Origin: an uncultured Clostridia bacterium
GTDB lineage: Bacteria; Bacillota; Clostridia; Christensenellales; UBA1242
Length of the DNA: 64,000 nt
Direction of reading: 5' to 3'
NCBI GenBank assembly: GCA_930990515.1
Contig: CAKNPS010000002.1
Span: 189,327 to 253,326 of the forward strand
Numbering within the stretch: position 1 is the first letter of the stretch; each line of letters starts with the position of its first letter. Shown one piece after another: positions 37,854 to 52,800 of the stretch. The notes beneath the pieces were generated by a model that worked only from the letters and a program-made list of their open reading frames with translations, made no database searches and had not been told where the DNA came from. The translations under genes and the position numbers were made by a program.

Positions 37854-40800
37854 ATGAAAATAAGAAGCCTAATATTTTCATTATTAATGATTTTTGTCGG
37901 CATCGCTGGTGCTTACTCTTTCGTTTTGCCAATTCAAAATGTTAGTGCAGTAAGCGAAGATGCTAGCCTTTGGGACGGGGAATATCCGACACAAGTTTCA
38001 AATTATGATTTTGAAATGGTGGTTGAATTGGGGTCTAATCCAGAATCAGCACCTGATTATAATTACGTTGTTGGCGATATAGATGGTAATGGAGAATACA
38101 ATAATCTTTATTACATATATTCGGCTCGTGGATTTGCATATTTTGCTAATCAAGTAAGTTTGGGCAATACTTATGCTGGTGAAACTGTTTATCTTTGCAC
38201 TGATATTGATTTAAATGGAGCAAATGAAGAAGATAAAAAATTTTGGAAACCTATTGGAATTTCAAGCAATGGCAATGCTAATTATTTTGCTGGAACTTTT
38301 GACGGGCAAGGATATAGCATTTACAGTATGACCATTTCTGGCACTTATGGTGGAACAAACAATTATGGACAATGGGTAGGGCTTTTTTCAAATATTAATT
38401 CAGCAACAATTAAAAATGTGAATTTGGTTGATGTTGATGTTTCATATACAGGACAAGGAGCAAATGTTGGTGGTCTTGTGGGACTTTCAAGAAATTCCAG
38501 CATTTTAAACTGTTCTGTTTCTGGTTCGGTAACTGGAAATGGCGATGGGAATGGCAACATTCAAGGTGTTGGTGGTCTTGTGGGAACTTTTTATGGTGAC
38601 ACATCGACAACTTATAATGATGGTGATTATTCTTCAAAACACCGAATTGCAAACTCTAGAAACATGGCAACAGTTTCTGGAGAAGCAAATGTTGGTGGTA
38701 TTGTTGGAAATACTCACGACAGTGTTGTGATTTTGGAATGTTTTAATGAAGGAGAAATTAAAGCAAGTAGCACTGGTTCTTCAAATAATCTTGGCGGTAT
38801 TGTTGGATATACCATAGCAAATTCAACTAACTCGTCTTTGCTTGTAAGTTATTCTTATAATGCTGGAAATATTGTTATTGACAATGCTACAAATTCTGGT
38901 GGTATTTTAGGATATGGGGCTTCACAAAGCAATGGTTATAATTCCTACTTTAATATAGAAAATTCGTTTAACCGTGGAAATTTCACTTATTCTTCCGAAA
39001 GTGCTGTTTTAAGTTCTAGCAGAATTGGTGGTATTGTTGGTTTTTCAAATCGTCCAAATGGTGGAACAACTGGAAATGGGGCACAAACATTTAGTCGAAT
39101 TTTTAATGTCGGAAAAGTTGTAAATAATAGTGGAGAATACACAATTCCACAAAGTTCTACTTTCAGTGAGATTATCAATGTTCAACAAGGAGCAGTTATT
39201 GTTGGTTGTGAATTTGTTTACTATGATTCGGACTATCTTTATTCATACACAAATCCAGATAGAATTAGTTCTTGGAGTTTAACAAGTTCGAATGTGACAC
39301 AGATTTCAAATAATCCTGCACTTGTCGAAGTAAGTTTAATGAATGACAAATTTAGAACCGCGAACTTTGGTGGAGAAGTCTTTTTAGGAGATGGTATTTC
39401 AAATGTCAGAGACAGTGATATTTGGGCTATGAGCTCAGGCATTAATGGTGGATATCCATATCTTAAAAATACATATAATTTGAATAATGCAAACAACAAT
39501 TCTTCAAGCACGGTTGACAATCTTTGGAAAGGAAACGGAACTAAGTTAAGTCCATATCTTATCTACACTGCAGGCGATCTTGCTCGTGTTTCAGAAATTT
39601 ATAATAATGGATATGTAAATGATAAAGGCGAGTTTGTTTATGGCGAAAACGAAAACGGACAAAACATTTTAGGCGGAGATGTAATTAATGAAAAAACAAT
39701 AACTTACTTTTCGCTTCAAAACGACATTGACTTATCTTCAAGAGCATGGGCTCCTATAGGGAACGGTAGAACAGAGAATAGTAACACCTATAAATTTATC
39801 AATGCAGTTTTTGATGGCAACGATTTTACAATTTCTGGGATAAATTGTTCACTTCAAGCAAATTATTCTCATCTCGGGCTTTTTGGTTATGCTGAAAATT
39901 CAATCATTCGCAATGTGAAAATTTCTGATTTTAGATTTATTGGAACATCTAGTTCTGAAACAACTATTTATAAATCTACCCTTGTTGCTTATTTGGATGA
40001 ATCTTATGTTATTAATTGTGCTGATTTAACTGGTGGTGTTGAAGACACCCCAACAATTGGTGGTAGTACAACTTCTTCATATCTAGTTTATGGTTTAAAT
40101 AACTATATTGAAGGTGATAATGTTTTTGCTGATAATAATCTTTATGGTATAAATGATATTAAAAATATCACAACTTTATACCTTACTTACATCAATACTA
40201 ATGGCGGTGTTATTTATGACACAATCATAAGAGATGAAATTAATGAAAGCGGCGAGAATATTGGAGAAGTTATTGTTCATAGCGGGCAAGCAGAATTACT
40301 TATAAATACAGATGGAATAATTCATAAGGCTATAAATACATCATTTGGAAATACTTATTTAACCAAATTGCCAGAAGACTCTATTGATAGTAATGGAAAT
40401 TTGATTGAAAATTCTGTAATTATTAAAGAAGGTAATATAATTCAATATTTTAAAACTGATGATAAAAATAATAATCCTGGAGCAGATTCAATTTCTTTAC
40501 CTGATGGTGATGGTACTAGTGCGATTCCAAACTTGGTAAAATCAGGGCTTACTGCATCTTGGGGTTCAGCAGATGTTGTGACAATTACTATAAATTATAA
40601 TATTTATGAAACGAAAAATAATTATGAAAATATCACTCAAAATGAGATTACATTTAAGTCTAAGTACAATGAATATTGGACAAATCGTCGTTTCAGTGAA
40701 AATATTTTACAAGAATTAAAAAATCAAAGTATTTCTCGCCAAGGTTATCAAATTGTTGGAATTTATACAGGTTTTGACACTGATTTTACTGGCTATAATT

Positions 40801-43800
40801 ATCTTGTTAATGAAAATTCGTTAGAAAGTGGTGTTGGTTTATTCTTAAATTATGCACAAACATTTTATGTGGATTGGGAAGGAAATTCTAATTATTCAAT
40901 TTCTTTAAATTTAATCGATTCAGGAGACAATTCATCTCTGGCTTCCACTCCGCTCAACTATGTTTGGAGAGATGCTGTTGAAAGTGTTATTGTAACATTT
41001 ACAGCGACAGGAGACTCAATCACTTTAAGAGATGATATTTTAAGTGACGGAAGCACTGCCTTTAATTATTCGACAGCAAATGTTGATTTAAGTGATGAAA
41101 CCGTTGAAATTCAAATTCTTTTAAAAGAGGGTTTTGAATTTGACATTAATGATGAGTTTTTACAAAATTCTGGGTTTGTTAATGCTGGGACAACTGGTGA
41201 TTATGTAGAGAAGTTTGGTTCTGCAAGTTTAGATCATTCTAATGTTAATTCAAATGATTATGTTTATCTGCCAAAGGAAGTTTTGACCATATACCTTTCT
41301 AATATTGTGGGAAATGGAAGTCTTAGTGTTAATGTCAGAAGGTCAAATCATACTTATAATTTAACAGTTGATAATGAAATTTACTTTGCAATGACGGCAC
41401 CACAAGTGGTTAACACTGCAACCAGCATTTCGGTGCTTACAGGAGAAAATTCTTGGGAGCCACTTTCAAACTTTAGTCCAGAAACATTCCAACTTATTGA
41501 TGATAAATCTGATTTCTATTTTGGTGTAAATTTGTTTGATAATTATTTCCTTTCTTCTACTGATAGTTATGATAGAAGTGAAATTCCTAGTAGATTGTTT
41601 AAAATAGAGTATAATAATATTGTTGGAGAAGGCATTTTAATCAACATTCGTGATATAAGTTCGGCATCGCATTACTTTTTGTATGTTCTTACGACAGAAA
41701 CAGTTTCAACACCTAATCCAGATGATGACGGCATAAGAAATGTTCAAACGCTTTATTCGATCTCTAGAGATAGTGCTAGTAATCTATCTTATTCAAATTT
41801 CATAATTGAAGATATGCTAGCATCTATTACTGAAGGCTATGAAGATGCTGGAAATAATGGGGCAACAGAAAACGTTTCTAGCAAATTTTACAACTTTACA
41901 TATTACACAAATTCTAATTTTGGTATAGTTTTCTCGACAGAAACTGATGATGCAGAAATTGTTGATTATCAAAGCCGTCCAGAAATCTTAATGTTTAATG
42001 ACGCAAATGGAAATGGTGAACATGATGAAGGGTCACCAGATGACGGGACTATTGCTGAAGAAGTAAGAAAAATTTTCTATAATTTTGTATGGCCAACAGA
42101 TACTGATAACAATGGAACTACAATTGAGTCTTATTATGGATTTGATATCTCAAATCTTGAAACTGTTGACGAATTCACAATTACTCAAAGTAAGACAACT
42201 GTAAGTTTTGATTTTAAATTTGCAACATTAGAAGGGGACACTTTAACTGATGTTACAAGTACTCTTGAAAATCTTCCACAAATCGACATTTCAGTTGGGA
42301 ATACTGCAAGTGGAGATTTAGGAAACTATTTCAATAGTCATGGTGTTTCTTTGAATGTGAACAACTATGATTATTTGACTTTGACGATAAAAAATACCGA
42401 TAGTATAATGTGGCAATATAGAGATTTTGCTCGTATTTCTAATGTTGGAAAAATCACTTCTTCAACTATAGATGGCAATGAAATATTGACGATTGGAAGT
42501 TATTTAGATACATATTTATTCATTACGCCTAAAGGCAGTGATGGCAAATATACACTTGATGGAAATATTGAAAATCCAGATTCGGGCGGTCAGTCAATTT
42601 CTTATGACCCAGCAAGTTATTTTAGTTATAGCCTTATTCCAACTGAAACTGATTCGGACTATCTATATGAATATACCTTGAGCATTGCTTTCCCTTCAGA
42701 CATTACTCCAACAGATTTTGATATAACTTTTGTTGTAAGAGAAGTGAATTTCAATATTTCAGTTTCTTCAATATACAAACAAACAAGCCAAGATACTGGT
42801 TACACTGACACTACTAATGAAACAGTAATTTCTATTGACGGAGAAGATAACTTTGATTCTAGTCTTACTTTAAAGGCTTCAGACACTTTTGAAATTTCCA
42901 CTAATACTGAAAATCCGGGTTATACATTCAATGGCTTTGTTGTTACAAAGGGAAGCGGTAGTAGTTATACTGAAACATATTTCCCACCAATTTCTCATGA
43001 TGAATACGGACAAACAAGACTGTCAATGTCTATGCAAGAATTTTTGTCTTATTATAAAGATAACTTTACCACTTTGGCAAGTTCCGAAGATTATGATTAT
43101 ACATATACAATTCGTGCAGTTTATGTAAGTAAATATCTTTCCTATATGGCATCAATCAATAGATTTGTAATTTCTAATTATAATGGACATGCAGGAAGAT
43201 TTGGTTTGGCATCAGGAAACATCGGCAATGTAGATACGAACAATCTTACAACTGGAGTTTTCTATTATTATTCTGAGAACAGTAATTCAAGTTTGACAAA
43301 TGGGTATTTTAATTTTTCATTAAAGTCAAATTCAAGTTTGTTATATGAGTTAACTGGATTTGCTATTTTGACATCTGATGAACATGATTTAACGAGTGAA
43401 AACTTTGTCACTGAAAATGGAGCAATATATTTAGATGAAAGCTCTTCCACATTTGAAACTGATGGTAGCGCAATCAAAATTTATGGAAGTGCTGTGGAAA
43501 ATTATTTAAAAGAAAAAATGTCTGACATTAATTTCATCAATGATTATGCTAATTCAACTGTATACATAGTTCCAGTTGTTAGACAAAAAACTTTACAAAT
43601 CACGATTAATGATGGCGTGACTTCTAGTGATATTGATAATGCAGTTTATAATACGGAAGGCACAGAAACAACAGGAACAGAAATTGTTATGACCTATTAT
43701 TACCTTTTAAATTCTTCACTTCCAATTTCAAATGCCATTTATTTTGGAGAAGAAAATGATAATAGGGGAAACTATATTGCTTCTGTAAATGGCGGGTCTT

Positions 43801-46800
43801 ATATATCATTAATTTTGAACGATCTTTTTGCATATCGCGTGGGCTATACGTCTCGAAGTTGGGCGGCTTTCTACGGAGATAGATACATTCAAACATATTC
43901 TTCAAACATATCACTTGATACTTTCTTTAATTCTAGTTATGTCTCAGATGATGGCTTATCAGATTACAAAATCACAGTTTCAAGAAGCTGGACTCCTAAC
44001 ACTTATACAATTACTTATTATAGTGGAGATTCTAGATATAACTCTGATATTTATGGAACTAGTACAACCGCTAATTACTCTCAAACCGCAACATATAACG
44101 TAGCCACCACACTTCTAACAAACAGATTTTTAATTACTGGGTATGATTTTGCTGGTTGGGAAGTTTATAAAGTCACTGCAGACGGAAATATATATCTAGG
44201 CAATTACGATGAAAATCAAGATATAACAAACATCATTACTGGGGCAGACCAAATTGCAAATGAAGAAAATTTTGGAACAAGTTTAAATGTTTATGCAACT
44301 TGGACAGCCAAAACTTATAACATTACACTTAACGGAAATGGCGGAAGATTTTCAAATGGAAACGAAACTTTAACATTGCAACTTAGCTATAATCAAATGT
44401 TTAATAGTGCTACTGTTTCAGAGAATCAAAACATTACTATAAGCAATATTGAAAACTTGTTTAGAGTGGGAACAAATGAATATATTTTAAGAGATTCTTT
44501 CGCTTTTAACGGATTTTATGTTTCAAACGACCCTTCTTTAACTATAAGCGTGACAAATAATATTACCACAAGCACATATCTTAGAAACAATATTTTAACT
44601 TTCGTTGATAGCTTAGATGAGGCCTTGGTCGTTTATGCGACTTGGAGATTTACAGATGTTCCATCTATATCATTCCTAAATCAAGTGGAATACACATATA
44701 ATGGCGCACCAATTGAAGTTGGAATTGATGAATTTAATATTGTAGCTGACAATTTAGATGTTATTAACGGCGATGCTTTCAGTATTGCATATTCAAATGC
44801 TAATTCTGGAATTGATGTTGATTTTACATTTGCAGGCGAACCATCTCAAAACATTGAAATTGAAGAAGTTTCATTAGCAACTGGACAAGGCACAACATAT
44901 TTATTTACTGTCGGAGAAAATGTTGGAACTTACACAATTACATTGACAATTAGTTTAATTGACAATGCTTCCACCTATTATAATTTAGGGACTTTCACTA
45001 ACTTGTCAACAACATTCTCTATTGTCATTAATCGAGCAGATGTTACATTCTCAATTTCGGAGAATAATGCTATATGGCTTAAAAACCTTCAATATATGGT
45101 TTCGCTTGTTGGTAGTTCAACTGAAATTGCACAATTTAATAATTACACCACTTTTGAAGATTTAAGATTAGATTATGTAAGTAAAGAAAATTATGAATTT
45201 ACTGCTAATCTTGTTTATGAATATCTCTTTATGAAATACTATAACATCATTAACACAAAAACAAGTGAAATTCATACTTTTAAAAACTGGACATATAAAG
45301 ATAATGATGATAACACCACAAATGATTATTTTTCATACTACGGTGGAATTTCCTATTTTGGTGAAGATGAAAACAACACAAATTGGGATGGTATTTCTCA
45401 GGAAAGACAAGAAAGAGCACAAATTTTAAGCAATAGTTTGTTTGTCTTTGGTTATACATTTGGAAACGATGTATCACAAGTTGTTTTAACAGGAGAAGAT
45501 AATTCAAGATATAATGTTGGCGACATTACTTTGAGTTTTGCTGATTCAGACAATCTTATTACTGAACTTCAAATCACATCAATCACTGTTTATTCCACAA
45601 GAACTATGATTCCAGGAAATAGTTACTCTGTTCGTGCATACCTTACTGACACTGAACTTAATGCGGGAAATCTCAATAATTATAACTTAAACACTGACGC
45701 AAATGGACAATATTACATTGAACTTGACAATGCGTATATGTTTGTTCAAGTTTTGAGACTGCAAAATAATTCTCTTGCAAGGTCAACTTATTACAACGGA
45801 GAAATTGCCGATGTTTCTTGGACAAGTGCTGAACAAGAAGCAAATGGTCGAATCTATTTTGATGGTAGCATTTTATATCCTTATGAAATTGATAGTGAAC
45901 TATACAATGGACTTTATCTTAATTTAACCATACAAACATCAAATGCGGGGAATGCAGATCAAGACACAGAATTTAATTTCTATGATAAGGAAAATTATCT
46001 CAATATCTCAAACTTAATAATCTGCACATTTGGAGATTCTTCTTCAAGCAGTGATTTCACAAATTACTATTCATATTTCAATGTTATTTTAGACGAAAGT
46101 TTTGTCTTCACAATTTATAATGTTGTAGATACTGCAAGAATTGAACTCTCTCCAACATATTTCACTCGTTATAATGGAATTATCACAAATACTGATTTAC
46201 CAGAAGATGTTTTATTAAGTTTGGAAAATGGACTTTTCAGTGTGACAAGTTTCACATACTCTCTTGACAACACAACCACACAAACTTATGCAGAGAATGA
46301 TAGTTTTGGAAATGCAATGCCACTAAGTGATGGACAATATTTCTCAGAAGATGGCAGTATTTTGTTATTCACTCTTGAAGACAATAATTCAAATGCTCCA
46401 ATTTTCTATACATCAGCGGCTGTAGTTTCTGTTGGAATTATGATTAATAGATCACTTTTAAATCAAACAATCAAATATTATGGAACTTTTGATAGTTTAC
46501 TCACAGATTTAGAAAATCCTTATTCTGCAACAACAGAATATAACATAATTCTCAAAACTAAAACAGATGAAGGTATTTTCCAAAGTGATATTGAATATGC
46601 TGACGGAGCGATTACAGACTTAAATTATTATGGCGTATTCTCAGATATGGTAAGAATTGACTATGATTTGAATCTTCCAAATGTAGAGAATATTATGCAT
46701 AATCTTTTGAAACTTAATGAAGATACAGTCGATAATATCATCAATATCACATATTCAAATCTTAGCGTGACCGACTTAAAATATACAATTAATGGTGTTG

Positions 46801-49800
46801 AACAGTCTTATGTCAATTTGTTTGAAATTCAAGAAGAAGAGCCAACTGTATTTATTGGGGCAGATATAAATGATCCACACACATTTGTAACTTTAAAAGC
46901 TTATTGGGAAATCAGTGAATTGAGTTTACTTCAAAATCAAACAGAATTTAATTATGCAGTAGGTTCAATGTCCAGTTTCTATGCTAACCTTGTAGGCAGT
47001 ATGGAAAATGAAGAAAGCGACTTCTTTGATTATACTTATGAATTTTATTTGGGAGAGAATTTACTTGCTTCAAGCAATAATTTTGCCACATTGGTTTTGA
47101 ATTTTAACAATGGTGGTTCAATTTCCGATAATGGCACTTATACTTTGAAATTCACGGTTTCTATAAAAGATAGATATGCATATATCTTAGATGGAACAAG
47201 TGCAAGTTCGGTTTCAGGCTCATTAGATTTTGATATTAACTTCTTTAAAAACCGCTTAACAAATCTAGAATTTGTGACTGAAAGTAATGAAATTACTTAT
47301 GATGGTTTTGACCATATAAACACCTTTAGTATAAGATTGACTTATCAAGTTTTTGACTCAGATTTAAATGATTATGCTGAAGATTTGATAACTGCAGAAT
47401 ATCAATATGGAACATCAAATTATCTTACAATCATAGTAGAAAAGGGTGGAGAAATTGTAACTTCAATTGACAATGTTGGAACTTACATAATTCAAGTAAC
47501 ACTAAATGAGAATTATTTTGATTTTGATGCTGATTTAATTGATACAATTTTTGAATTTATTGTTAATCGAATGAATATTGACCTATCTACTTACAACTTA
47601 AATAGAAGCAAAAACTTTAATGCTGACGACCCAGCACTTACAAACACTTTCCGAATTGCAAATCAAAATGTTCAATTCAATTTAGAAAGAAATATGGTAG
47701 ATGGTGTTTATCCAGAAGATATAGGAGAATATTCACTATACCTTACAAGTTTCACTTCGCAAGATAACAACAACTTTACTCTTTCTTATGGCGAAGTTTC
47801 CTTATTTGACGGAACAAATTATAATGAACAAAATTGCGAAACAACTCCAGTAGGAACTTTGAGTATTGTCAAAACAGGCGATTTAAGAATTTCTTGGCAA
47901 GTTTCTGATAATCTATCAAACACAATTCCAGTGGATTATGATGTTAATGGTTATAGCGTTTCAATAACAACAGATGGAAATCTCATTGTTTACAAAGGTG
48001 GAGAACAAGAAGAAGTTGTAAGTTTAGTTTTCTATGATTTAGTTCAAGGGCAAAACATAACAAAAGAGATAGTTTTAAACATTCTTCTTCCACTTTTAGA
48101 TGAAATTGATGTTTATCTTACAACATCTGGTCAAAACTATGACACTGCATATAATTCTGGTAATTATACTTTCACATTAGATATTCCAGAAAATGCGGAA
48201 ATTTTGAATTACTATAACAACATATATTTCTCATCAGAATATACTCTTCAAATACTTAGTCAAACTCTCAATTTAGACAACTTTAATTTTGAAAAAGAGT
48301 TTGATGGCGATGATGAAATTTATCTTGATATAAATAATAATATCATTGAAGACATTTCTCAATTTGATGGTATTTACATTCAAGGAACTTTCACAGACAT
48401 TCACGCAGGCAATAACATTCTTTTAAGTGTTATGCTTATGTCCACCGATGAAGAAACATATAGCCTAGTAAATTATCAACTTTCTGCTAGTTCTGCTTAT
48501 GGAAACATTTTGAAGCGTGATGCAGAAATAACTTTCACATTTAATTTCCTAGAAGGAAAGAGTAACTTTAATTATGGCGATTTAACCTTAGATAATTTAT
48601 CAAGTTTCATAAGTTATGAAGTTTTTGATGGTGAAGAAGATGTTACTGATCTTTTCCAAAGTTCATATTTCAATTTGAATTATACATTGACACAACAAAG
48701 TGGTTCAGTTCAAACAAATTCTCGTGGCTATGTTTATGTTGGCGAATACACACTTGACACAATAAGCGATTATCAAGATTTTAATATGACAGAAAATCTT
48801 CCTTCAATTATAGTCTTGCCTTATGAATATCAACTTGAACTTGATGAAGGGTTCATAAGTGTTACTGCATTAGACGCAGTTTCTAGTGCTTACAATGAAA
48901 CTGTTTTTGTGGAAGACACAGGAGACACTTTTGTCGTAGGTTTCTATGTTCCAAATGAAATTGTTGGAACAACTGGACAAGTTGGAAACTATGAACTTAC
49001 ATTGAATAGTGATAATAATCTCTACACAAGTTTATATTCAAGTGGAAATATTAGATTGACAATTAATCAAAATAATAATGCTTTTAGTGTTGTTTCATTT
49101 GAAGGGGCTTTATATCTTCAAATTGACGATGAAAGCATTTTGACCCGTCCATACAATGGGCAGACCTATACAATAACAGCAGACGAAACTTCTTTCATAA
49201 TCACAATTGAAAATGGGAATAGCCAGTATTCAGTTTCAAGCACTTTCAGTTTCTTCACTTATCAAGATGGTTCACTTGTCCAAATTGATAATGCCGATTT
49301 AACTTTTGATGAAATTAGCATTACATCATCAAATACCAATGAATTTTCTGCGGTTGGAAGTTATAGGCTCAACCTTTCAGCAACTGCTGTAGGATATACA
49401 AATGTTTCTTTCTTAAGTAGTTACACATTTATTATTGCACCAAGAGAAATAACATTAAGTGATGGAATGTTTGATAAAGTTTATGATGGTTCAAACATTG
49501 TTGAAGTTGAAGCCACAGAAGATATGGGCTTAATTGCTGGTGACAGTGTTACTATTCGTGGTATTTATCAAGATGTGAATGCTGGCGACAATAAATCTGT
49601 AAGAGTTACTCTTGCAGGAAGTTCATCTAGAAATTATACATTAACAACAACCACAACTGTTGGCACAATATCTAAAAAAGATGCCACAATCTCTTTGGTT
49701 CAAGACGAATTTGAATATGGCGATGTTACTAAGAACACAAGTTTAAGTTTTGAAGTTTTTGATGGCGAAAGCATTATTTCAAGCGGAGCATATCAAATTA

Positions 49801-52800
49801 TAAGTCAAACAATCAATTATCAAGGCGAAGGCTATTTACCTTATAGTGTAGATAGTTATTCGGTTAGCATTGTTGTAGAAAGCACAAATTACAATATCAC
49901 ACCGTTATCACTCAATTTCCACATTACAAAACGACAAATAAGTTTCACATTCACTTCGCCTGGGGTTTATATGGCTTCCTTTGGTTCGGACGAAACTTTG
50001 AGTGAATATTTTGTAAGGTCATATACCACTGTCTATGGCGACACAATTGAAATTCAATTTAGAAGAGATGAAGGAACTGCAACAGGCTATTACTTTGTTC
50101 GCGAAGCATCTTTAAATAGTAGCGATGAAGCATCAAATAACTATAGCATTAGCGAAACCGTTACCGATAATGTGGGGGCATACCGTATTGTAAGTTCAGG
50201 AAACAGGATTTATCTTCTTGCAAGTGAAGAAGATGTTATCACTGATGAAAATGAAGGCATTGTCCTTGAATTTGAATATGATGGAAACTCTTATAATCAA
50301 GTTTCTTTAGTGCTTAATGCCGAAGAAGAAAATTATTCGTTGGTTGTTTCAAATTCCGACAATCCTGAAATTTCACAAGACTTTGTTCTTAATATGTATT
50401 CTTATAATGAAGCAAACGGAACTTACACTCGTTTAACTTCAGTTTTTGATTCTACAATCTCGGCAAATACGATTTCTATAAGCGATTTGATTTTGAATGC
50501 TGGCAATTACTATATTTATAATAGCGATGTGACAAGCAGTAATTTTGCTGTAAAACTTGGTAAAAACAATATGCTATTCGCTTTCCAAATAACAGTCACT
50601 AGACGTCCAGTATATTTCAGAGATGCTGTTTTAGAACGACAATTTGACAATCAAAATGCCACATTATATTACGAAAATGCAAACAGCATTTTGACAAATA
50701 TTTTAAGCGGAGATAATTTGTCATTAAATGTTGAATTCTATGATTCTGACGGCGCACCTGCAAGGTATGCTGGCGAAGGTTATACTCTTCGCGGAGAACT
50801 TTCTGGCAGTGACAATTATCAACTTGTCTTTACTTTAAATGATGGCACTCCTGTGACAGGAACAATTACAAAAGCACCGATAAGCATTGCAATCAATGAC
50901 CAAAGTGTTGTTTATGGCGACCAGAACACTCAAATGGGCGGAGTTATCATCACATATCAATTCCAAAGCGAAACAATTGATTTAACTCAATATGAAAAAC
51001 TTGATGAAATGATGTTAAACATTGTTTTGTGGGACCCAGTTTTAAACAGCGAAGCAACATATTCTTCGACAGGCTATTTGAATGCTCAAGTTTATAATAT
51101 GCGTAGCGATGGGCTTGTTTCTGATGACTTCTATATTGACACAAATGGCTTTATTTGCAATGGCACTGCAGGTTCAAACTTAATCACAACTTACACAGTT
51201 TCTCCAAGAACATTGAATATTGTTCAAAGGGACGAAGAACTTCAAACAATTTTCACGAAATATTATGATGGTGGAACAACTGCCAACATCTTTACAGATG
51301 GAGTTTTGAGATTTGATTTTGACGGAGAAATCGTGGGAGATGTTGTCAGTGTTGAAAGTGGAAATTATGCTACAAGTGCTGTTGGACAACAAATTGCCGT
51401 TTCCTTCACTTTAATTGGTGCTGATAGCGGAAATTACGTATTGACACCATACACTTCTGGTGTGATTAATCCAATCACAGTTTCCATAAATTATGATAAG
51501 GGTGGAGACAGCGAAGAAGAAAACAACAATATTATATCTTCTGTTCCAGAAGGAACACCACTTTTAGAAAATATGAATTATCCGTTTGTTTATTCTGATA
51601 GTCTAACATCAAATTCTCAAACAGATTCTCCATTGACTTCTGCAAGTTTCCCTTCATCATTAACCGGAAAAGAAGGGCATACATTTAGTCATTGGTCATT
51701 AGATTTTGAAGTTACTGAAAATTCAACAGAATATGATTATCTTGTTCGTCTTGCTTCTGAACTCAATTTAACAACATCATATCAAGAAGGAATATTCTCA
51801 TTTGTTGTAGGGAACAATAGAGCAACAGTTTCTCTTTTAAATCGTCTTTTAAGTGATGAAAGCAACAATTATTTTGGCCTTTACTTTTTAGGACAAGAAA
51901 CAATTGAAATCACTTTCCATGCAGTTTGGACAACTCAAACTTATAATGTGACAGTTTCATTAGAAAAAGATGGCATGCCAACAACTCAATTTGCTGAAAC
52001 TTATGTCAACGATTATCTTCTTCCAACAGCAAGTTATCAAGCAACTTATGCTTATAATTCTCAATTCACGATTCGTGCCGTATTAGATGACCATATCAAA
52101 GTGGCAAGATTTTACGATATGGCAACTGGAAGTGATTATGTTGATGGGGAAGACGGAGTTGAAATTTCCACGACACTAAACAGCGAAACAAACAAATATG
52201 AAACAACATTCTATGTTGCATCTCTTTCAAGAGCTATGAATATCGTGGTTGAATTTGCTTATAAAGATGTTTCAATCACACTTGACCTTACAAGTTTTGG
52301 TATTGGAGAAGTTACATTTGACGATGATAGATTTACTGAATATTCGACAAATAGATATGTTTGGAATACAAGTTATGATGAATTAAATAACTTAAGTCTT
52401 TCAAATCTTCCAGAACTTACACGTGTTGGATTTATTGTTACTGGTTACTCATTCTCAATGGGCACAGGCTCAACTGAGATAAGTGCTGATGTATTTGATA
52501 GTAGGTTTATTAGTGACTTTGTTTACCCTAGTGGCGATGATTATGAAATTGTATATTCTCCAGTCTTCTTAGGACACGATGTTAATGTTGTTTTGAATTA
52601 CAATGAAGATGGAAATTATCAAAATGATGACACAGACCAAAAAGTCAACATTCAAGTGCCTTATCAAGGAACATTTGGTTCAAGTAGTGAATGGATAGAA
52701 ACTCCAACAAGAACAGGCTATGATTTTGTTGGTTGGTTCTTAAGTGAATCAAGTGAAGAGGCGATAACAGGGGAAAGTGTTGTTGACAACGATGCAGGAA